Origin: Rhodothermaceae bacterium
Lineage (GTDB): Bacteria > Bacteroidota > Rhodothermia > Rhodothermales > Bin80
Length of the DNA: 64,000 bases
Assembly (NCBI GenBank): GCA_009838195.1
Contig: VXSC01000002.1
Location: forward strand, 82,139-146,138
Direction: 5' to 3'
Numbering within the stretch: the first letter of the stretch is position 1; each line of letters opens with the position of its first letter. Made by a program: the position numbers and the translations under genes. This document shows, in pieces, positions 61,979-64,000 of this stretch. The notes under the pieces were generated by a model, which was not told the origin of the DNA, did no database searches, and worked only from the letters and a program-made list of their open reading frames with translations.

Positions 61979-62194
61979 TCAGGCACATTGCAAATTGGTT
62001 GCCGATCCATCTATTTTTGCGTTAGTGCATCGGTAGCCTGGGGCAAGGCCACGAGATAGTCCTTCAAAAGAAGGATCACGGAAGGTACCTGCACACACAA
62101 TGAGCCGTCCAACTGACTGTTTACTCAGTTTTTCCAGAATGGGACACTGATACTCGGATACGAAACGTGCCACATAGGCAATCGGGTGGTTCAT
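61979..62194 (-). pseudogene. Probable N-terminal fragment of a deleted glycosyltransferase gene
   Basis: ATGA overlap with the upstream GT stop. IAYVARFVSEYQCPILEKL resembles a GT-B N-terminus, but the ORF is only 71 aa. Confidence 0.45.
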
Positions 62195-63366
62195 GCAGAT
62201 GCCTGTTTAAGGACATGCTCAAACTGATCGGTGATTTTACCGATCTCAAATTTTTCGTCTGCCCATCTCCGAGCACTTTCACCCATGGCCTGACATAACT
62301 CCGGTTCATCTAGAAGTAGTTGGGCTTTCTGAACAAATCCAACGTGATCGTTTGGATCTATGATAAATCCTGCCCCTGAGTCCTCAATTATCCGCGCTGC
62401 AAGATTTTCCTTGGGGATGGCCGCAAGAACTGGCCGGCCCGCGCAGAGACAGGTCAGCACTTTTGATGGCACGGAAAACTGTCCTGCATCCTCAGTGAGT
62501 AAAACCAGAAGCAGTTGTGCACTGGCATACATCGCAGGTAGTTGATCCGCTTCCTGGTAGGGTAAAACCGTCAGGTTATCGAGATTATGCTCAGTAATTA
62601 CTTTCGTAAGCCAATCTGCACCTGCTCCCTGAGAAACGACTATAATTTGAGCACGACTACCGACCTGTTGTGCAAGATGTAGCAGGATAGCAGGATTGTG
62701 CTTCATGCTCAATGTACCCGCATAAAGTAGAATCGGGCGTTGATTGAGTTTATTTCTTTGTGCCCATATCGAAGGATTACCTTGAAATCTATCCAGAGTA
62801 CCCCAGTTTTCGATCACATAGCAGCGATCAGGTATAATCCCAAATTTCTGAAGGGCAGGAGTAAAATCCTCCGTGATTGAAATTACAGCATCACTCCTTC
62901 GAAGCAATCGTCCCTCAAGTGACTGAAAGTAGCGACCAATGACAGAAGAAATAAGGGGTAGCTTCGATTTGAGGACCCTGGAAGTTGCCAATCCAATCAG
63001 GTCCTGGAGCCAGAACACAAATGGGATACCGTTTTGTTTGCATGATCTCAGGATGCGTTCCTGTGCACTGAGCGGTGCATTTGCAGAAATCACGATATCC
63101 GGGTTAAAATTCAGAATGACACGAGCAGCCAAGCGCCCATATTCCTGTTCCTGAATCCACCGCTGAACGAGATTGTATTTGTTGAGTGGGCGAGAGGTTT
63201 GGACAGGTAGGAGCGTGAAGTCGGCAGGGCTATCACATACATTATGAGGGGTTGTGACTAGGCTGTCACAATAGGCGTGACCGACATCATGTCCACGATC
63301 TTGAAGAGCTTGACTCAGCGTAACCGGGAAGGCGTAGGCCCCGAAATCGTGGATCAATACTCGCAT
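62191..63366 (-). CDS. GT4-family glycosyltransferase (WbuB/WcaI-like)
   Basis: MRVLIHD, FWLQDL, VIENW, LYAGTL..KH and SVPSKVL..L.AGRPVL. Confidence 0.88.
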   Translation of the reverse strand: MRVLIHDFGAYAFPVTLSQALQDRGHDVGHAYCDSLVTTPHNVCDSPADFTLLPVQTSRPLNKYNLVQRWIQEQEYGRLAARVILNFNPDIVISANAPLSAQERILRSCKQNGIPFVFWLQDLIGLATSRVLKSKLPLISSVIGRYFQSLEGRLLRRSDAVISITEDFTPALQKFGIIPDRCYVIENWGTLDRFQGNPSIWAQRNKLNQRPILLYAGTLSMKHNPAILLHLAQQVGSRAQIIVVSQGAGADWLTKVITEHNLDNLTVLPYQEADQLPAMYASAQLLLVLLTEDAGQFSVPSKVLTCLCAGRPVLAAIPKENLAARIIEDSGAGFIIDPNDHVGFVQKAQLLLDEPELCQAMGESARRWADEKFEIGKITDQFEHVLKQASA

Positions 63367-63579
63367 GATTCAACAGTTCAAAAGCATGATATCTCACCGC
63401 TAATCAACCATGCATGGCTGATTTATTCCCAGGTGCTGCTCAAGTAATACGTATGTGTCAGGGTAGCATGCATATGGAATTTACGGTCCGATGCATCATT
63501 GATTTTGCACAACCTCTCATCGTACGGAGGAGAGAATCCAATAATTCATTTGAGGGGGCAGACTTACGTAAGATGTCTC

Positions 63580-64000
63580 TTAGGTATGGCTATTAGGCGC
63601 AACAGCCCGATTTGATGATCGCTCGCCGGCGCCAACCGCTAATCCTGCCGCGATGGCAATAATAAATAACTGATTCTTCAGAAAAAATGGATTCCCAACC
63701 AGGGTGGTAATGGTCAATGCGATAAGGGGGATAGCACCCGCCAAGCCAGCCAAACGAGTCCAGTGATCTGCTGTATCACTCCGAAATGCATGCAGTCCCA
63801 GTTTTACAGTCGAATACCAGAAATATAGTACTAATCCGAGCCCCCAAAGGCCATATTTGTACCAGAGACCGACATATCCATTGTGCACAAACGAATCTAT
63901 GTCCGTTGACTGATGAACGATATCGTAAAACACGTAGGATACGCCAGGCCCATATCCGATCAGGGGATTCATTATAATTTTCTCGAGCACGGCTTGAGTC
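63580..64000 (-). CDS. O-antigen ligase/polymerase-like membrane protein (C-terminal part, open to the window edge)
   Basis: NPLIGYGPG...VHNGY...YGLWGL motif followed by TM helices. Confidence 0.8.
   Translation of the reverse strand, partial: TQAVLEKIIMNPLIGYGPGVSYVFYDIVHQSTDIDSFVHNGYVGLWYKYGLWGLGLVLYFWYSTVKLGLHAFRSDTADHWTRLAGLAGAIPLIALTITTLVGNPFFLKNQLFIIAIAAGLAVGAGERSSNRAVAPNSHT

Noticed and set aside
63367..63579. Possible methyltransferase remnant (VRYHAFE) between the GT and ligase genes
   Set aside because: It is only a few residues amid stop codons and cannot be supported without a search.
1..64000. CRISPR arrays, transposases, prophage or rRNA genes
   Set aside because: I recognised none by eye or in the ORF track, though short dispersed repeats could have been missed.

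Overview
This is a compact, mostly housekeeping bacterial region. Gene content and order (folP-cdaA, DUF4292-like, GH3, DUF5916-like, TopA with C-terminal repeats) suggest Rhodothermota/Bacteroidota, which is an inference. Core genes include a partial gcdH-like gene, ppdK, topA, purS, rnhA, obgE-rluD-hisS-lgt-PLP decarboxylase-rlmB, lolA, hisB-proC-hisHAF, metG, lpdA, nadK, queE, folP-cdaA-pcm and aspS, plus a POT transporter and part of a surface-polysaccharide cluster. The main discovery is a tRNA-Lys(UUU) gene (55348-55751, minus strand) split between anticodon positions 34 and 35 by a 328-nt group I intron. The intron has a complete-looking catalytic core and no homing endonuclease, and tRNA-Leu(GAG) follows 3 nt later. 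Also notable are a CP-ATP-grasp/alpha-E/transglutaminase operon, two convergent giant c-type cytochrome lipoproteins, a GC-rich beta-propeller gene, and several broken genes (an in-frame amber codon, frameshifts and truncations). All family calls come from motif recognition by eye, and no searches were run.
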